From Blastocladiella emersonii ATCC 22665 (Eukaryota > Fungi > Blastocladiomycota), in contig JANHCV010000004.1 in NCBI GenBank assembly GCA_025594325.1, positions 124,001-188,000 of the forward strand: a stretch of 64,000 nt of DNA, read 5' to 3'. The notes under the pieces were generated by a model. That model searched no databases. It saw only the letters and a list, made by a program, of their open reading frames with translations, and was not told where the DNA came from. The position numbers were made by a program, and so were the translations under genes. This document shows positions 20,397 to 33,400 of the stretch, in pieces (position 1 is the stretch's first letter; each line of letters opens with the position of its first letter).

Positions 20397-21160
20397 ATGC
20401 TATCGACGCCCGACTTTGGGCACCTCAAGGCGGCCGACTACGAGCAGATCTACGAGGCGGCCGAGGACACGTTCCTGTTCCTGGACGCGCTCGAGGGCGA
20501 CATGGAGGCGGTGCTGCGGCCGCGGCAGCCGGCCGTGTGCCTCGAGGTCGGGTACGGAGGGTCTCACGGTGTGGTGCGGGAATGAGAGCAGTGGACTGAT
20601 CGGTCGAGTACAGATCCGGGTCGGGCTGCGTGTCCACGTTCCTGGCCATGCACCTCGGCAAGCCCATCTGTGCGTAGTTCCCCTCACTGTGCGGTGGTCG
20701 AGCTGGGCCTGACTAGTAAGGGAGTGTAGACTACCTGACGACGGACATCAACCCGGCAGCGTGCGCGGCGACGCGCGGGACGGCGGTGCAGAACCGTGTA
20801 CAGATCGACGCGGTGCACACGGACCTGGTGTCGTCGCTGCTCCCACGACTCGCAGGATCCGTGGACGTGTTCCTGTTCAACCCGCCGTACGTGCCGACGC
20901 CGGACGGCGAGGTCGGGACGCCGGACCTGAGCGCGGCGTGGGCGGGGGGCGAGCGCGGACGGCGGGTGATCGACCGTCTGCTGCCGCAGATCCCGGTGCT
21001 GCTGAGCGCGCGCGGGGTGGCCTACTTTGTGCTGGTGCAGGAGAACGACCCGGACGAGATTGCGCGGACGATGGCGGGGCACGGGCTCGCGATGAGCGTG
21101 GTGATGCGGCGGCGGTCCGGGCCCGAGCGGCTCATGATTGTGCGGTTCGAGCGCGTCTAG
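20397..21160 (+). CDS. MTQ2: eRF1 glutamine methyltransferase catalytic subunit (HemK2 family); introns 20552-20613 and 20670-20729
   Basis: IYEAAEDTFLFLD, spliced motif I LEVGSGSG, TDINP and FNPPYVPT. Both introns restore the frame. Confidence 0.92.
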
Positions 21161-22289
21161 GTAATACAGCAGAGAGCGTAGAGAGCGAGCGTAGATGATC
21201 GGCGACGAGGGGAAATGAGGGTGATGGCGCGAACCGGCACATCGGCGTCCCCAACCCGCGGCACGGCGCACGTGTGGCAGAGTCCCGCGAGAACGGGCGG
21301 GTGGTCGGGGGGGCGGCATGTTGAGGGCGAGCGCGGGGCGTTGCGCACTTTCTCTCCCTTGACGATCACCGGGTGCGCCGTGCATACAGTCAACATCAGG
21401 TGCGAGACGATGTGCGAGACACTATGACCGACCGGCGGACCGTTTGGGCAGGCAGGGCCAGCGTGGGCGACTGAGCCACACTGCATTCTATCAGCGGGAC
21501 GCACACATAATAGCTGCAGCCGCTGACCCTCCACCCTCCCGCCCTCCAGCAGAGCACGCATCCATACCCCCGTCGCTACTCGCTGCAACACCACCATCAG
21601 CATCAGCATCAGCATCAGCATGTTCACTGCCGCCCTCCGCCACCGGGCGCTGCTCGCGTCCGCGCGCGTGGCCCCCTCGGCCCTCCGTGGTACGGCGCCC
21701 TCCGCTCCCTCGATCCGCCGCGTCCCGCATCGCCTCGCACACCGTCGGAGGTGCGCGTGGGCCAATCGGCGGCCGTCGCCGTTCCCACACGCTGCACTCG
21801 CCGGAATGTGTGGTGTGCGAGCGCGAGGCTTGCTTTGCTCGGTGACTCCGCTTGGCTCCAAGTCGGCCGCGCGTCGCTCCATCCATCTCCTGCTCGCCCG
21901 CCCGCCCGCCCGCGTGCTCATTTTTGCTGCCAAATGCTGCGCAGCGCCGCGGGCCCCAACGAGCTGTGCCTCCCCGGGTCCCGCCGTGATCCGCTGATCC
22001 CCGCTTCCCGCCGCCCGCCTCCTGCCCGTCATGCTGCCCATGCGCGCGCGGCGGCCCCGCCACGCTCCCCGCCCGTATATGATCCCGCCGCGCCCCCCTT
22101 CCCCGCGACCCAACCCGACCATCCCAGTCTCGGCTGCCACGCATCGCACGCATTGCCTTCTTGCATCATCCTTGTTCCCCTTCGCGCGCGCGTCGACGCG
22201 TCCGTTCCCCTCCTCAACGTACTTAACCTTGTCGCTCCCGCCGCCCTCCTCCCTCTCCTCCCTCCTTACCCGCCGCCGCCGCCGCCGCC

Positions 22290-24011
22290 ATGACGACTGC
22301 CTCTCCCGACGCACCCAGCGCGAAGCCGGCCGCTCCCGGCGTGCCGCTCTCGCGCACCCTGACCAGTGACGGCGGCAAGGGCGACGCGGACCGCACCCGT
22401 CACTCTGGATGTACCACTTGGCTGACCCACCTCTTCTCGTCGTCATCCCACTCGTCCTCGTCGTCGCGCGGCGCCATTGCAGCCTCCTCCTCCGCCGCCA
22501 TGACCACCTCGGCCGTGTCCCAGCGCGCCCACCACACGGGTAACGGCAACGGCCCGCACAAGAAGATCATGACGCTCGACAACCTCAACCCGTACGTCAA
22601 GCAGGCGCAGTACGCGGTGCGCGGCGAGCTGGCCATCCGCGCCGACCAGCTGCGCAAGCAGCTCGACACCAACCCAGGCTCGCTGCCCTTCACCCAGATC
22701 ACCAACTGCAACATCGGCAACCCGCAGCAGCTCAAGCAGCCTCCCATCACCTTCCTGCGCCAGGTCTCGTCGCTGCTCGAGTACCCGGCGCTCCTCGACG
22801 AACGCAACGCCGCCGCCGTGTCCGCGCTGTTCCCCGCCGACGCCGTGGCGCGCGCCCGCTCCCTCACCGAGGCGATCGGCGGCAGCGTCGGCGCCTACTC
22901 GCACTCGCAGGGCATCCCGGCCATCCGCGCCAACGTGGCCCAGTTCATTGCCGAGCGCGACGGCCACCCGGCCAACCCGGACCACATCTTCCTCACGGCC
23001 GGCGCCAGCCCGGGCGTCCAGGCCGTGCTGCAGGCCATCATCTCGCACGACAAGGTCGGCATCCTGATCCCGATCCCGCAGTACCCGCTGTACACGGCCA
23101 CGATCGGCCTGTGCAACGGCCGCGCCGTGCCCTACTACCTCAACGAGACCAAGGGCTGGTCGCTCGAGGCCGCCGAGGTGCGCCGCGCCGTCCGCGAGGC
23201 CCGCGCCGAGGGCACCGAGGTCCGCGCCCTGTGCGTCATCAACCCGGGCAACCCGACGGGCAACGTGCTGTCGCGCGCCGACATGGAGGACCTGGTCACC
23301 GTGTGCCGCGAGGAAGGGCTCGTCCTGCTCGCCGACGAGGTGTACCAGACCAACGTCTACTACCCCGAGTCCAAGCCGTGGTTCTCGTTCAAGAAGGTCG
23401 TGTGCGACATGGGCGCGCAGGACGACATTGAGCTCATCTCGTTCCACTCCATCTCCAAGGGCATGATCGGCGAGTGCGGCCGCCGCGGCGGGTACTTTGA
23501 GTGCGTCGGCATCGACCCGGCGGTGCTCGACCAGCTGTACAAGATCGCGTCCATTTCGCTGTGCCCGAACGTGCAGGGCCAGGTCGCCGTGGACCTGATG
23601 GTGGCGCCGCCCAAGAAGGGCGACGCGTCGTACGACGTGTACACGACCGAGATGACGTACCTGTACGAGTCGCTCAAGCGGCGCGCCGCCAAGCTGTCGG
23701 CCGCCTTCAACGAGCTCGAGGGCGTGTCGTGCGAGCGCGCCGAGGGCGCCATGTACCTGTTCCCGCGCATCCACCTGCCCGCCAAGGCCGAGGCCGCCGC
23801 CAAGGCTGCGGGGAAGCCCGCCGACGCCTTCTACACGCTGGCGCTGCTCGACGCCACGGGCGTGTGCATGGTGCCTGGCAGCGGGTTCCTCCAGGAGCCC
23901 GGCACCTGGCACTTCCGGTCCACGTTCCTCCCGCCCGAGGACCAGCTCGACGAGTTCATCTCCAAGATCGGCACGTTCCACGCCCAGTTCATGGACAAGT
24001 ACCGCGACTAG
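22290..24011 (+). CDS. ALT1: Alanine aminotransferase; probable in-frame intron 22411-22482; 5' structure uncertain
   Basis: YAVRG, NIGNPQQL, LLADEVYQ, SFHSISKG (PLP lysine), GECGRRGGY and GAMYLFP motifs. Confidence 0.95.
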   Translation: MTTASPDAPSAKPAAPGVPLSRTLTSDGGKGDADRTRHSGCTTWLTHLFSSSSHSSSSSRGAIAASSSAAMTTSAVSQRAHHTGNGNGPHKKIMTLDNLNPYVKQAQYAVRGELAIRADQLRKQLDTNPGSLPFTQITNCNIGNPQQLKQPPITFLRQVSSLLEYPALLDERNAAAVSALFPADAVARARSLTEAIGGSVGAYSHSQGIPAIRANVAQFIAERDGHPANPDHIFLTAGASPGVQAVLQAIISHDKVGILIPIPQYPLYTATIGLCNGRAVPYYLNETKGWSLEAAEVRRAVREARAEGTEVRALCVINPGNPTGNVLSRADMEDLVTVCREEGLVLLADEVYQTNVYYPESKPWFSFKKVVCDMGAQDDIELISFHSISKGMIGECGRRGGYFECVGIDPAVLDQLYKIASISLCPNVQGQVAVDLMVAPPKKGDASYDVYTTEMTYLYESLKRRAAKLSAAFNELEGVSCERAEGAMYLFPRIHLPAKAEAAAKAAGKPADAFYTLALLDATGVCMVPGSGFLQEPGTWHFRSTFLPPEDQLDEFISKIGTFHAQFMDKYRD

Positions 24012-24074
24012 TTGCTTGTATATTTTTGTGGTCGGTGAAAGAGTAATGTACTACTGTGGGTTATACCTCTCTCC

Positions 24075-25132
24075 TTAGTCGCGACGACGGCGGACTGTGG
24101 TCGCAGGCGAGCGCGGCGCCGACGCCTTGGTGGCCTTGGTAGTCTCCTCCTTCTCGGCCTTGGCCTCGCCGCCGTCGTCTGTCTTCTTGGCGGCGGCAGC
24201 CTTGAGGGCCTCGGTGCGCTTGCGCAGGGCGGCAGCCTCCTGCTCGTACTCCTCGGCGGTCGGCAGGAGGTAGTTGAGCGGGTTCGGGACAAAGGTGACG
24301 ACGAGCATCGAGACGACGAGCAGGGCGCCGAGGATCACGATGCCGACGGCCCACATGGGCATGAACTGGCCGAGGTATGCCGTGGCCGCGTTGAGCGAGG
24401 ACGACAGCCACCCGAGGACGTACAGGAGGGTGCCGCTACCGTTCAACGCGGGGTGAGTTTGAGCGTGGCGGTGCAGAGGTAAAAAAGACGTACAAGTAGG
24501 AGAAGGGCGACCAGATCCAGTGCCACGGGTCGACCTCGCGCCACGACTCGCCGTCGGCCACGTCGAGCAGCGCGTCGGTCGTGAACACCTTGGACAGCTC
24601 GCGCACCTCCTTGCCGTTGATGTGGTACACGGTCGGCAGACTGTTTACGGCAGGTCAGTTGGCGTGTGCGAGTACAAGCACGGAGACACGTACCGGCTGA
24701 TCAGGAAGCGCAGGGTCGTGATGCCGGCCTTGTCGACGTTGACGCGGCCGACCTTGACGCTCGGCTCGATCTCGCCGACCTTGGCAGCAAAGTCTGTTGA
24801 AGAGTGCGCGTCAGCGACACGCCCTCAACCGCTCCAACGGCGACCAAAGCGTACCCTCGTACTGCGACTCGAAGCGGCGGCAGAACCCGCACCACGGCGC
24901 GTAGACTACGGGTCACGCGCGTGGATCAGCACACGCGTTCACACCATGTCCGAAGCAGCAGCATACACTCGAGGAACCAGGTCGCGGGCGGGGTGCCGGC
25001 GGGCGGCGACTCGATGAGCGCGCCAAAGTTGGTGTCGTCGATCTCGACCACCTCGTGCGCGCGCGCCGCCGTGGCAAAGACGGCGACGCAGGCGACGAGC
25101 GCGAGCAGCAGGCGCGACGGGATGAGCTTCAT
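24075..25132 (-). CDS. TMX-like thioredoxin-domain membrane protein (about four introns)
   Basis: Signal peptide MKLIPSRLLLALVACVAVFA, spliced WFLEFYAPWCGFC active site, KVGRVNVD and LPTVYHI, then a hydrophobic helix and a charged tail. Confidence 0.85.
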
Positions 25133-25324
25133 GGTTACAGAGTGTGTTCGCGGGGGAGCGAGAGCGTGTGGCGACTTTGCGGCGCGTCCTGAACGGATCC
25201 GCGGTCTCACGTGGGCGTCAAGACTGCCGTTCTTCGCCGCCGCCCGTCAACGCTCCCTTACGAACGGCTCCCATGTATCTTGCGCCCTAGGCCGCCCACC
25301 GACACTCGCCGCACCGCCATCGCC
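25133..25324. promoter_or_regulatory. Probable bidirectional promoter between the thioredoxin gene and SRP14
   Basis: The two start codons are head-to-head and only about 190 bp apart. Confidence 0.45.
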
Positions 25325-25896
25325 ATGGGCATCCTCACCAACGAGCAGGTCCGCGCCCACCGGCGGTGATCGCCCGGCGGACCGAGCCCGCGCTGACGCC
25401 CACTGCCCTAGTTCCTCGAGCGCCTCGACGCCGCGTACAAGGCGCATGCTGCCTCCGGCACCGTCTTTGTCTCGCTGAAGCGGTGTACGCCTTCACGGAT
25501 CACGTCGGGTGCCGCGCGCGCGATCTCACCGCGCGTTGGGGCATGTAGACACGGACGACGACCGGTTGGCCGCACGAAAGGAGAAAGGGATGCAGAAGAA
25601 GAAGAACAAGGATGCAGACGCCATGGATGTCGACGCTGAGCCCGCCGCTGCATCACCAAGTGCAGGCTCTTTTACCAAGGAGTACCCGTGCCTGATGCGC
25701 GCCAAGGCGGGTAAGGCCAAGTTCAGCACACTCGTACGCTCCCTATACTTCTGTGCGCCGACTCGCGCTGACGACCACGCTCACACCCGCGCAGATCCAC
25801 CCCGACGACACGGACCGCTTCCTCGAGCAGTACGCCGCCGTCATGAAGCGCAACGCGGACGTGCTCCTGCCGCCCGCACCGCCCAAGTCGGCATGA
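25325..25896 (+). CDS. SRP14: Signal recognition particle 14 kDa subunit (three introns)
   Basis: Spliced product reads MGILTNEQFLERL...SGTVFVSLKR...YPCLMRAKAGKAKFSTL...DRFLEQYAAVMK, matching the SRP14 pattern. Confidence 0.85.
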
Positions 25897-25989
25897 TCGA
25901 TCAGTCACTGAGCCAAAACCTGCCCTGCAACGGGTTCGCCATATATACACATTGTCACTCTGTACGCTACTACGCTACGCCGCGCCGCC

Positions 25990-28900
25990 CTACGCGCCGA
26001 GCCCGCGGTTCCGCCCGCGCACCACGGCCACAATCGGCGTCTGGATCCCCTCCTGCGTCGCGTGCCCGAGCGCCGACCCGGGCGTCCACCCGAGCGTGCG
26101 CAGCAGCCGGTGCCCGACGTTGGCCTCGCCGATCGGCACCGCATCCTTGGCCACCACGTCGCCGTGCTGCGGCTTGGCCTTGACCACCACTGGCGTGAGC
26201 GTGCCGGGCGTGAGCAGCTGCAGCCCACTGAACAGCGGCGCCTTCTGCCCACCCTTCTTGCCGCCCTTACCCTTACCCTTACCCTTCTTGCCCTGGTCCG
26301 CCTCGACCCACGCCTCGGCCACGGCGCCGTCGTAGTCCTTGAGCAGCCGGTCGAGCTTGCGCTGCCGGTCGCCCGTGGGGACCGCCGTCTTGCCCGTCTT
26401 GATCAGCGCCATGCGCTTGCCCTTGTTCGACCCCGTCGACTTGGACTTGAGCTGGAAGCACGTCGCCATCTGGTGCACCACGCGCCGGATCTGCTTGGGC
26501 ATCGGCGGGAGGTGCGCCCTATTCGTGACGCGAGCGAGGAAGGTGTCAGTGGGTGAGCGCGATCTCGCCCGAGATGTGCGAAACGTACTCCTGGTCGTCC
26601 TTGGCCATAAACTCGACAAGCACCTGGTGCACGGCGGGGATACTGACCACGACGCGGAACTTGTCGGTGACCTCGAGGTACACGGACTGCGCGTACCCGT
26701 GCGGGTCGTGTTTCCCGCCGGGCGCGTGCTTGCCCTTCTTCTCTTTACCCTTACGCGACGCGCGCGTCGGCTGCTGCGCGATCCGCGCCTTGAGCTGCGC
26801 CGACGCCGCCGACGCCGCGTACGGGTCGTACACGCCCGTCGCCCGCGACCCGTTGTGCGCCCACTGCTGCACGTGCACGTCGCCAAACAGATCGCGGTCG
26901 TACTCGGACAGGTTCGACAGGTAGTCGCGCACCAGCTCGTCCTCCGAGTCGTCGTCCGACTGCGCCTCGAGCAGCTCGTCAAAGTCGAGGTCCTCGGACC
27001 CGGCCTCGTCGTCGTCCGAGTCCTCCTCGGAATCCTCCTCGGAGCCGTCGTCGCCGTCCGAGTACTCGAGCCCGCCGACCCGCACGCGCTCGTCGTCGTG
27101 GTCGTCCGAGATCTCGTCCTCGAAATCGTCGTTCACGTCCGACTCCGAGTCGCCGTACTCGGCCCACTTCTTACCACCCGAGGCACGCGCCCGCGAAGAC
27201 GACGCGCCCGCGGCGCCTGCCATGGCGAACACGGGGTGGAACTCCTCGGCGTCGTACCCGTCGAGGTCGTACTCGGCCAGGTCGTCGGCGATCCGGACCA
27301 CGGCCGCCGGCGCCGCGTTGTTCAGCACCATGGGGTCGTCCGAGTCCGACCCGCGGGGCACGTGGATCGACTGCTTGAGCCGGCCCTGGCCCTTGCCGTT
27401 GCCCTTGGCCGGACCCTTGCCGTTGGGCGTCGCGAACACGGGTGCCGGGCGGCGCGACGCGGCAATGATCTCGGACGCGGACAGCGCGAGGATCGAGCCC
27501 GTGGCGGTGCCCGCGACCGGCGCCGTGTCGATCTCGAACAGGTCGTCGTCACTGTCCGAGGCGGAAGCGGCGCCTTCGTCGTAGTTTTGCTCGGCGTCGG
27601 CCACGTCCATGGGCTCGGCGTACTCGTCGCCGAGGTACTCGTCGTACTCGCCGTCGGCGTCGCTGTCGAGGTGGTACGCGGGCTCGTGGGCGTAGGCCTC
27701 GTTGGCGAGCGCGTCTTGGCCGAGGTACTCGTCGTATTCCTCGTCCTCGCCGCTGTCGAGGTGGTGGTGCGGCGGGTGGGCGAGGTCCAGGTCGAGGTCC
27801 GACTGCATGTCGCGCAGGAGCGCGGCGCGGTCGGCGGCGAGGTCGGCATCGTTGGCTTCTGCATCCTCCTCTTCGTCGTCGTCGTCGAGCTCGGACTCGC
27901 CGTCGTCGGACGCGTCGTCGTCGTCGGATCCCGAGTCGGAGCCGTCAAGTAGGCTGCTCTCGTCGATGAGCGATGACTCGGGTTCCTCCTCCTCGTCTTC
28001 CTCCTCCTCGGGCGGCGCCGTGAGCAGGTTGAGCGCCCACTGGGCCGCAGCTTCTTCTGGCCGGACCTGCTCGACGGGCGCTGGAACCACCACCGCCGAG
28101 TCAGCAGCCGCCTCAACGACCACGTCCATGGGCACCGCCTTCTCCCCGCCAACCACCGCCGCCTTCTTCTCCTCGGTCGGATCGTGCCCGCCAATGACGC
28201 CGGCGCGCACGAACCGGATGTGGAACGCGCGCAGGGCGGCGGCAGTCCCCGTGAACACGACCTCGTTGGGGAACTTGGCGACCGTCGACACGTGGTCGGT
28301 GCGGCGGCCCGCGCCGGCGGCGGGGCCGGCCGCGATCGACGTGAGCGCGACCTCGGCGTCGGCGGGACCGGCGTGGTACCCGAGCCCGCGGTGGGCTTCG
28401 GCGCGCGCATGCGAGTACCGCGAGTTCGCCGCGGCGCGTGCGGACCGGTCGTCGGCCTCGTCGTCGTCGTCGTGCCGGTAGTACCCGCCGCGGTTCTGCT
28501 TGGACGGTGGCGGTGGGCGCGGGCCGTTGTTGTTGTAGGGCGCGAACCCGCCGCGGCCCCCGCGGCCCCCGCGACCCCCGCGACCCCCGCCGCGTGGCGC
28601 GAAGGTGCTGCCGCCACGATCGCCGCCGCGAGGCTCGCCGCGTCCGCGACCGCCACCGCGCCCGCCGCGGCCGCCGCCTCTTGGGTATCCCTCGCTGGCG
28701 TACTCTACGGGATGGGGAGTGTGGGTTAGCCATCAGAGCGGAGTGGCTATGACACAGTCGCGCGGACCAATGTAGGGTCGTGATCCAGGCTGATCGGGGG
28801 TCCATCCGGCCTGGCCGCCCCGTCCACCACGTCCGCGGCCGCGTCCTCTTCCGCGCGCGCCGTTGCCAAAGTTGACCTCGAGCACGTCGAGCAGGTCGCG

Positions 28901-29152
28901 GGATCCGCCGCCGTTGTTGGTGTGGGTGGGCGGGCCCGAGTACTGGCGGTGGCCGGCCTTGTTCTTGCCCTTGCCCTTGCCGGCGGCCTTGCGCGGCGGG
29001 GCAGTCTGGGCGTTGTTGGCGAGCGAGAGGGCCTCGAAGTCGTCGGACACGGCGGCGACGTAGATGGACCCGTCGGCGCGGGCCTTGCGGCGCTGCGCGC
29101 GGCCGTCGCGCTTCTGCTGCGACTTGGTCGGTTTTTTCTTGTTGTTTCCCAT
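25990..29152 (-). CDS. SQS1: Sqs1-like R3H plus G-patch RNA-binding protein; introns 28705-28767 and about 26520-26588
   Basis: N-terminal RGG repeats, long acidic region, R3H (LPPMPKQIRRVVHQMA..F.LKSKSTG) and a terminal G-patch (NVGHRLLRTLGWTPGSALG...GIQTPI...NRGLG). Confidence 0.8.
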
Positions 29153-29458
29153 TGCAGTGTGAGGTGCGATCGTTTGGGGAGAGAGAGGGGCGACGGCTGA
29201 GGCCGGGCGATGAGGCAGCGCGCCCGTCGACTCAACCAGCGCGCACGCCGACAGTTCCCTTGACGCCGACTAGAGCGTCACGTGACGGCGCAAGGGCGCG
29301 TTGCCGACGCGGCGCTCTTGCCGCGCGACCAACGCCACGAGCGAGCTCTGTCTCAGGCAGGCGGTTGTGGCAACGATGGGATACGGGATACATTGAACTG
29401 CGGCTTCGCTCTCTGGAACAAATCAGGTTGAGACACCCGACGATGACGGCGGCACCGC

Positions 29459-29962
29459 TCACTCGCCCTGCGCGAGGTGGTGCGGCGTGAGGTCGTGCAT
29501 GATCTCGGCGTTGACGCCCGTGCGCTCGTCGGCAGCGCGGTCTCGATCCCAGCTAGCGCCTGCATCGGCGGGGATCGGCACCGACTTGGCGAGCTTCTCG
29601 TCGCCCTCGGTCGCCACGAGCTGCGACCCGGCGAGCCGCGTCACGAACAGGTCGCGCGTCATGCCCGAAAACTTCCACGTCTGCGCGACCGTGCCCGCCG
29701 GCGACACCGGGTGGTGCAACGTGATGGCAAACTCGGGCGCGTTGTACGACCACGTCCCGCGGTCGCCTACCCCCGACTCGGCCGGCGCCACCGTGTAGCT
29801 GCCGTCCTTGTGGAACGTCACCTGGCGCTCGCCCGCCGCCGAGGTCGTTGAGGCCGCGTCGCGCGGCGCGTCGCGCGGCGCGTCGCCATGGATGTGGTAG
29901 GTCGCCGGCATCGGGAACGGCATGATCGGGCGCGACGACGGCGTGGTGGACTGCGTGGACAT
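29459..29962 (-). CDS. Small uncharacterised beta-rich protein, paralog 1 (167 aa)
   Basis: Collinear with 33920-34333 (PFP.PATY.I.G, ERQVTFH.DGSYTV, TWKF.GMTRD.F, LVATEGD.KLAK.VPIPADAGA.W). Confidence 0.8.
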   Translation of the reverse strand: MSTQSTTPSSRPIMPFPMPATYHIHGDAPRDAPRDAASTTSAAGERQVTFHKDGSYTVAPAESGVGDRGTWSYNAPEFAITLHHPVSPAGTVAQTWKFSGMTRDLFVTRLAGSQLVATEGDEKLAKSVPIPADAGASWDRDRAADERTGVNAEIMHDLTPHHLAQGE

Positions 29963-30405
29963 GGTGGTGGTGGTCGGTGGTCGGTGGTGCTTGGTGGTCG
30001 ATGCGTTGCAGTAGTGTGCGTGCGTGGGGGAGAGCGCGAGCCGTGTGCGAGGCCGCGCCGCCCGTTTTGAGTCGTTGGCCGAACATGGCGGCGAGACCCT
30101 GGTCTTCTCGAAGGGCACTCACCGGCAGCGTGCTCGCGGTGGAGTGCCGGGGAGGGCAAGTCGCACCGGCTGGTGTCTCGACGCGTCCCCCATGCATGCG
30201 GCAACGAGGCTGACGCGTAGGTCATGCCCACGCGGGACCTTCCCCCGCCTTGGACACGCTCGCGTGACCCTGAAACGGCCGATCCAGGCAAGGACGCAGA
30301 AGGTCGGACCCCGCGCTCCGCTTGCACTCACTCAACGACCGAGCCGCTCTCCGCTCTTGCTCTCCCCCAACCCGCCGACTGGCGCAACGTAACACGCCGC
30401 ACACC

Positions 30406-33400
30406 ATGGAGCTCGCCTCGACCGACCCGCCCGCCGTCGTCCCGACGCTGACGAGCGGCAGCATCCTGTTCAGCGAGAAGGCGCACTTCTACTACCCGTT
30501 CGGGAACTCGGTTGCCGTCGATCTGCTGCTGAACCATGACCCGAAGCTGCACGACCACCTCGACGTGCTTCTGTGCGGGTGCGGCGACCTGCGCAACGTC
30601 GCCTACACGCTGCGCGAGGCCCAGCGAAAGGGCACCACCGCGCCCGAGATCGCCTTCACGCTCGACGACATCCAGCCCGCCATCCTTGCCCGCAACCTCC
30701 TGATCGCCCGCGTCCTCGCCTCCGACACGGCCATGGGCTGCCCCGACCTCGTGCGCTACGTCGGCCAGCTGTGGTACTCGCTCGAGCTCGAGCCCGACGT
30801 GCGCGCCTTCTGGGACGACCGCATGCGCGAGTGCCTCGCCCGCGACGACTGGCTCGTCGCCGACTCGCCGATCCGCGTCGCCGACGCGCCCACGCTGCAG
30901 GCCGTGCGCCACTGCTGGCGCTCGTGGCTCCACGTCGACTGGTCCACGGCGACCCTCGCCACCAAGCGCCGCCGCTTCCTCGACAGCACGCCCAAGCACT
31001 CGCTCGGCGTCAAGAACGTCGAGGCCCTCTTCGACTCGTTCACCGACGCGCTCGCCCAGAACTACATGCTGCACGCCGAGCCCCACCTGTCCGAGTCGCG
31101 CCTCAACGAGCTCAAGCGCCAGGCCGGCGCACTCGTCAAGTCGGGCGTCTACCTCTTCAACCGCGAGTCCGAGAAGCAGCAGCCGACCGCTTCGCCGAAG
31201 AAGAAGGGCAAGCAGCAGCAGCAGAAGCAGCAGAAGACGGAGACGACCGTGGCTCGTGCCTCGGCGCCTACCACCACAGTGAGCCCGACCATGCTCTCGG
31301 TGCGCGACGACGGCGAGGTCTTCTACGCCGTCCACTACGGCTCCTTTCCCATGGAGGCTTTCCGCATCAACCTGCACGACCGCGACCTCGAGGACGGCAT
31401 GGCCCTCGAGTTTGCCGACTGGCTCGACGGCCTGCGCACCGCGCTCCGCCCCGAGGCCGCCCCGCGCACCCGCATCACCATGGTCCTCGGCCACGCGCTG
31501 CAGGTCCTCGAGGGCATTGCCGCGGACCCGCACCAGCGCTTCGACGTCATCGACACGTCCAACATCATCGACTCGTGCGGCCTGCTCAACGTGGTCCTGC
31601 ACGCGTCGGCCGTGCTCAAGCCGAACCGGTTCCCCGACCGGTCGCTGCTGCACACGCACTCGTTCATCGCCTTCAACATTGGCAAGACGCGCGCCGAGTA
31701 CCTCGCCCGCGTGACCGAGCTCCCGCTTGAGACGTTTCCGACGCTGTTCGGCGTGCACCTGCTCGAGGCGACCAACGACGCGCACTGGTCCACGTTCGTG
31801 CAGCCGTTTGCGTGGTCGAAGATCCAGATGTCGCGCATCAGCAACCGCGCCCACGAGGAGTTCACCTTCTTCAAGACAGACACCCCTGCGGTCCCCGTCA
31901 ACCTCATCGAGTCGCCCTTCATCACCGACGCCCTCGTCGAGTGCGCCAAGAAGCTGTGCACCATGGGCCCAATGAAGTTGCAGACTCCTGGTACGCACGC
32001 GTTTTCCGCTCCCGCAGTTGCAGCGAGCCCATACTAATATTCATGCGACGTAGGCGGGCCCGGAACGACGGCGGCCCTGATCCCCAAGATCCTCGCGTAC
32101 GCGTTCGCGTCGGGCCGCCTGACCACGGACGGCGCGCGCCGTCTTCCCTCTTCGGCGCCGCGCCCGTGCCTGTCGGCGCTGTGGAACACGCTGCGCGACG
32201 TGCGCTCGCTGTCGGGCTCCATGACCGAGATCTTCACGCAGGCGCAGCTGCACGGGTTCGCCATCGACCTGCCCGAGATGGCCAAGGACAAGTTCGTGTA
32301 CCGCATCGACGCGACGGTCCCGCTCGAGTTTGGCGAGTCGCCGACGCCCAACTTCCACGTCGAGGTGATGAACCCCATGGTCAGCTTCGCGTTTGAGAGC
32401 CTCCACTACCGCCGCGTCCAGGCGGGCACCCGGCTCGCCGTCACCTTCTACGTGCCGCAGTTCGTGCTGGCCATGCCGCAGCATACCGTCAAGGTCGGCT
32501 TCTTCCGCTCGTTCCCGCTCGCGCCCAACGGCAAGCCCGAGCGCGCGCTCCTCGGCGGCGAGTACAAGCCCATCAACACGCTCAAGGTCACCAAGGTGCC
32601 CGTCGGTGCGATGCGCGCCGCCACGGACGGGATCGCCGCCGCGGTTGCTGCTGCCGCCGCTGCATCGGCGGACGAGTCGGCGACGTGGCCCCTCCCCGTC
32701 GACCGCGTGACCGAGTCGCAGTACGAGCTCGAGGTGCAGCTCGTGCTCCCGCCCGGCAAGGCCGACGCCAAGTTTGGCCTCGACAACAACAACGAGCGCG
32801 TTGCCGGCCGCGGCGCGTCGGCGATCCGCGTCAACGGCGCCGTGCAGCGGATGCGGTTCGCGACGGCGACGCGCGTCAAGAAGGTGCTGGCGGCGCGCAA
32901 GCAGGGCCGCCTGACGCTGGTGCTGACCAAGGTGTATGCGGCGGGCGCGCCGTCGCTCGGGGTCCCGCTGCCGGGCCCGTACGTGCACCTCAAGGACCGC
33001 ACGGTGCTCGTGCGGAGCGGCACCAAGCCGACCACGGCCGTCAAGGAGCGCGTGTCGACGGCTTTCAACCCCATGTTCGGGATCGCCGAGATCAACATGC
33101 GCGTCAAGGCCGGCAGCTTCGACGCGATCCCGGGCATCTCGTCGGCGTACCGCATGACGTTTGACCTCAAGGAGTCGATCCGCAACTTTGCCGAGCGGTA
33201 CACGGCGGGCCACTCGGTGTTCTTGGTGTCGGACAAGTCGCGCGGCGGGTTCGGGCTCGTGTTCCTGTACGACCTGGTGCTGCTGCCGGAGCGCGCGTCG
33301 GGCAAGGCGCCGACGCCCGCCTTCGACGCCGTGTTCGCGGCGCTGCCGCCCAAGGCCAGCCTGTCGCCGGCCGAGGAGCGCAAGGTCGCCGACGCGCTCG

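Noticed and set aside
28550-28600. Short tandem repeat ccgcggcccc as a CRISPR-like or minisatellite array
   Set aside because: It encodes the RGG box of the SQS1-like protein and has no unique spacers.
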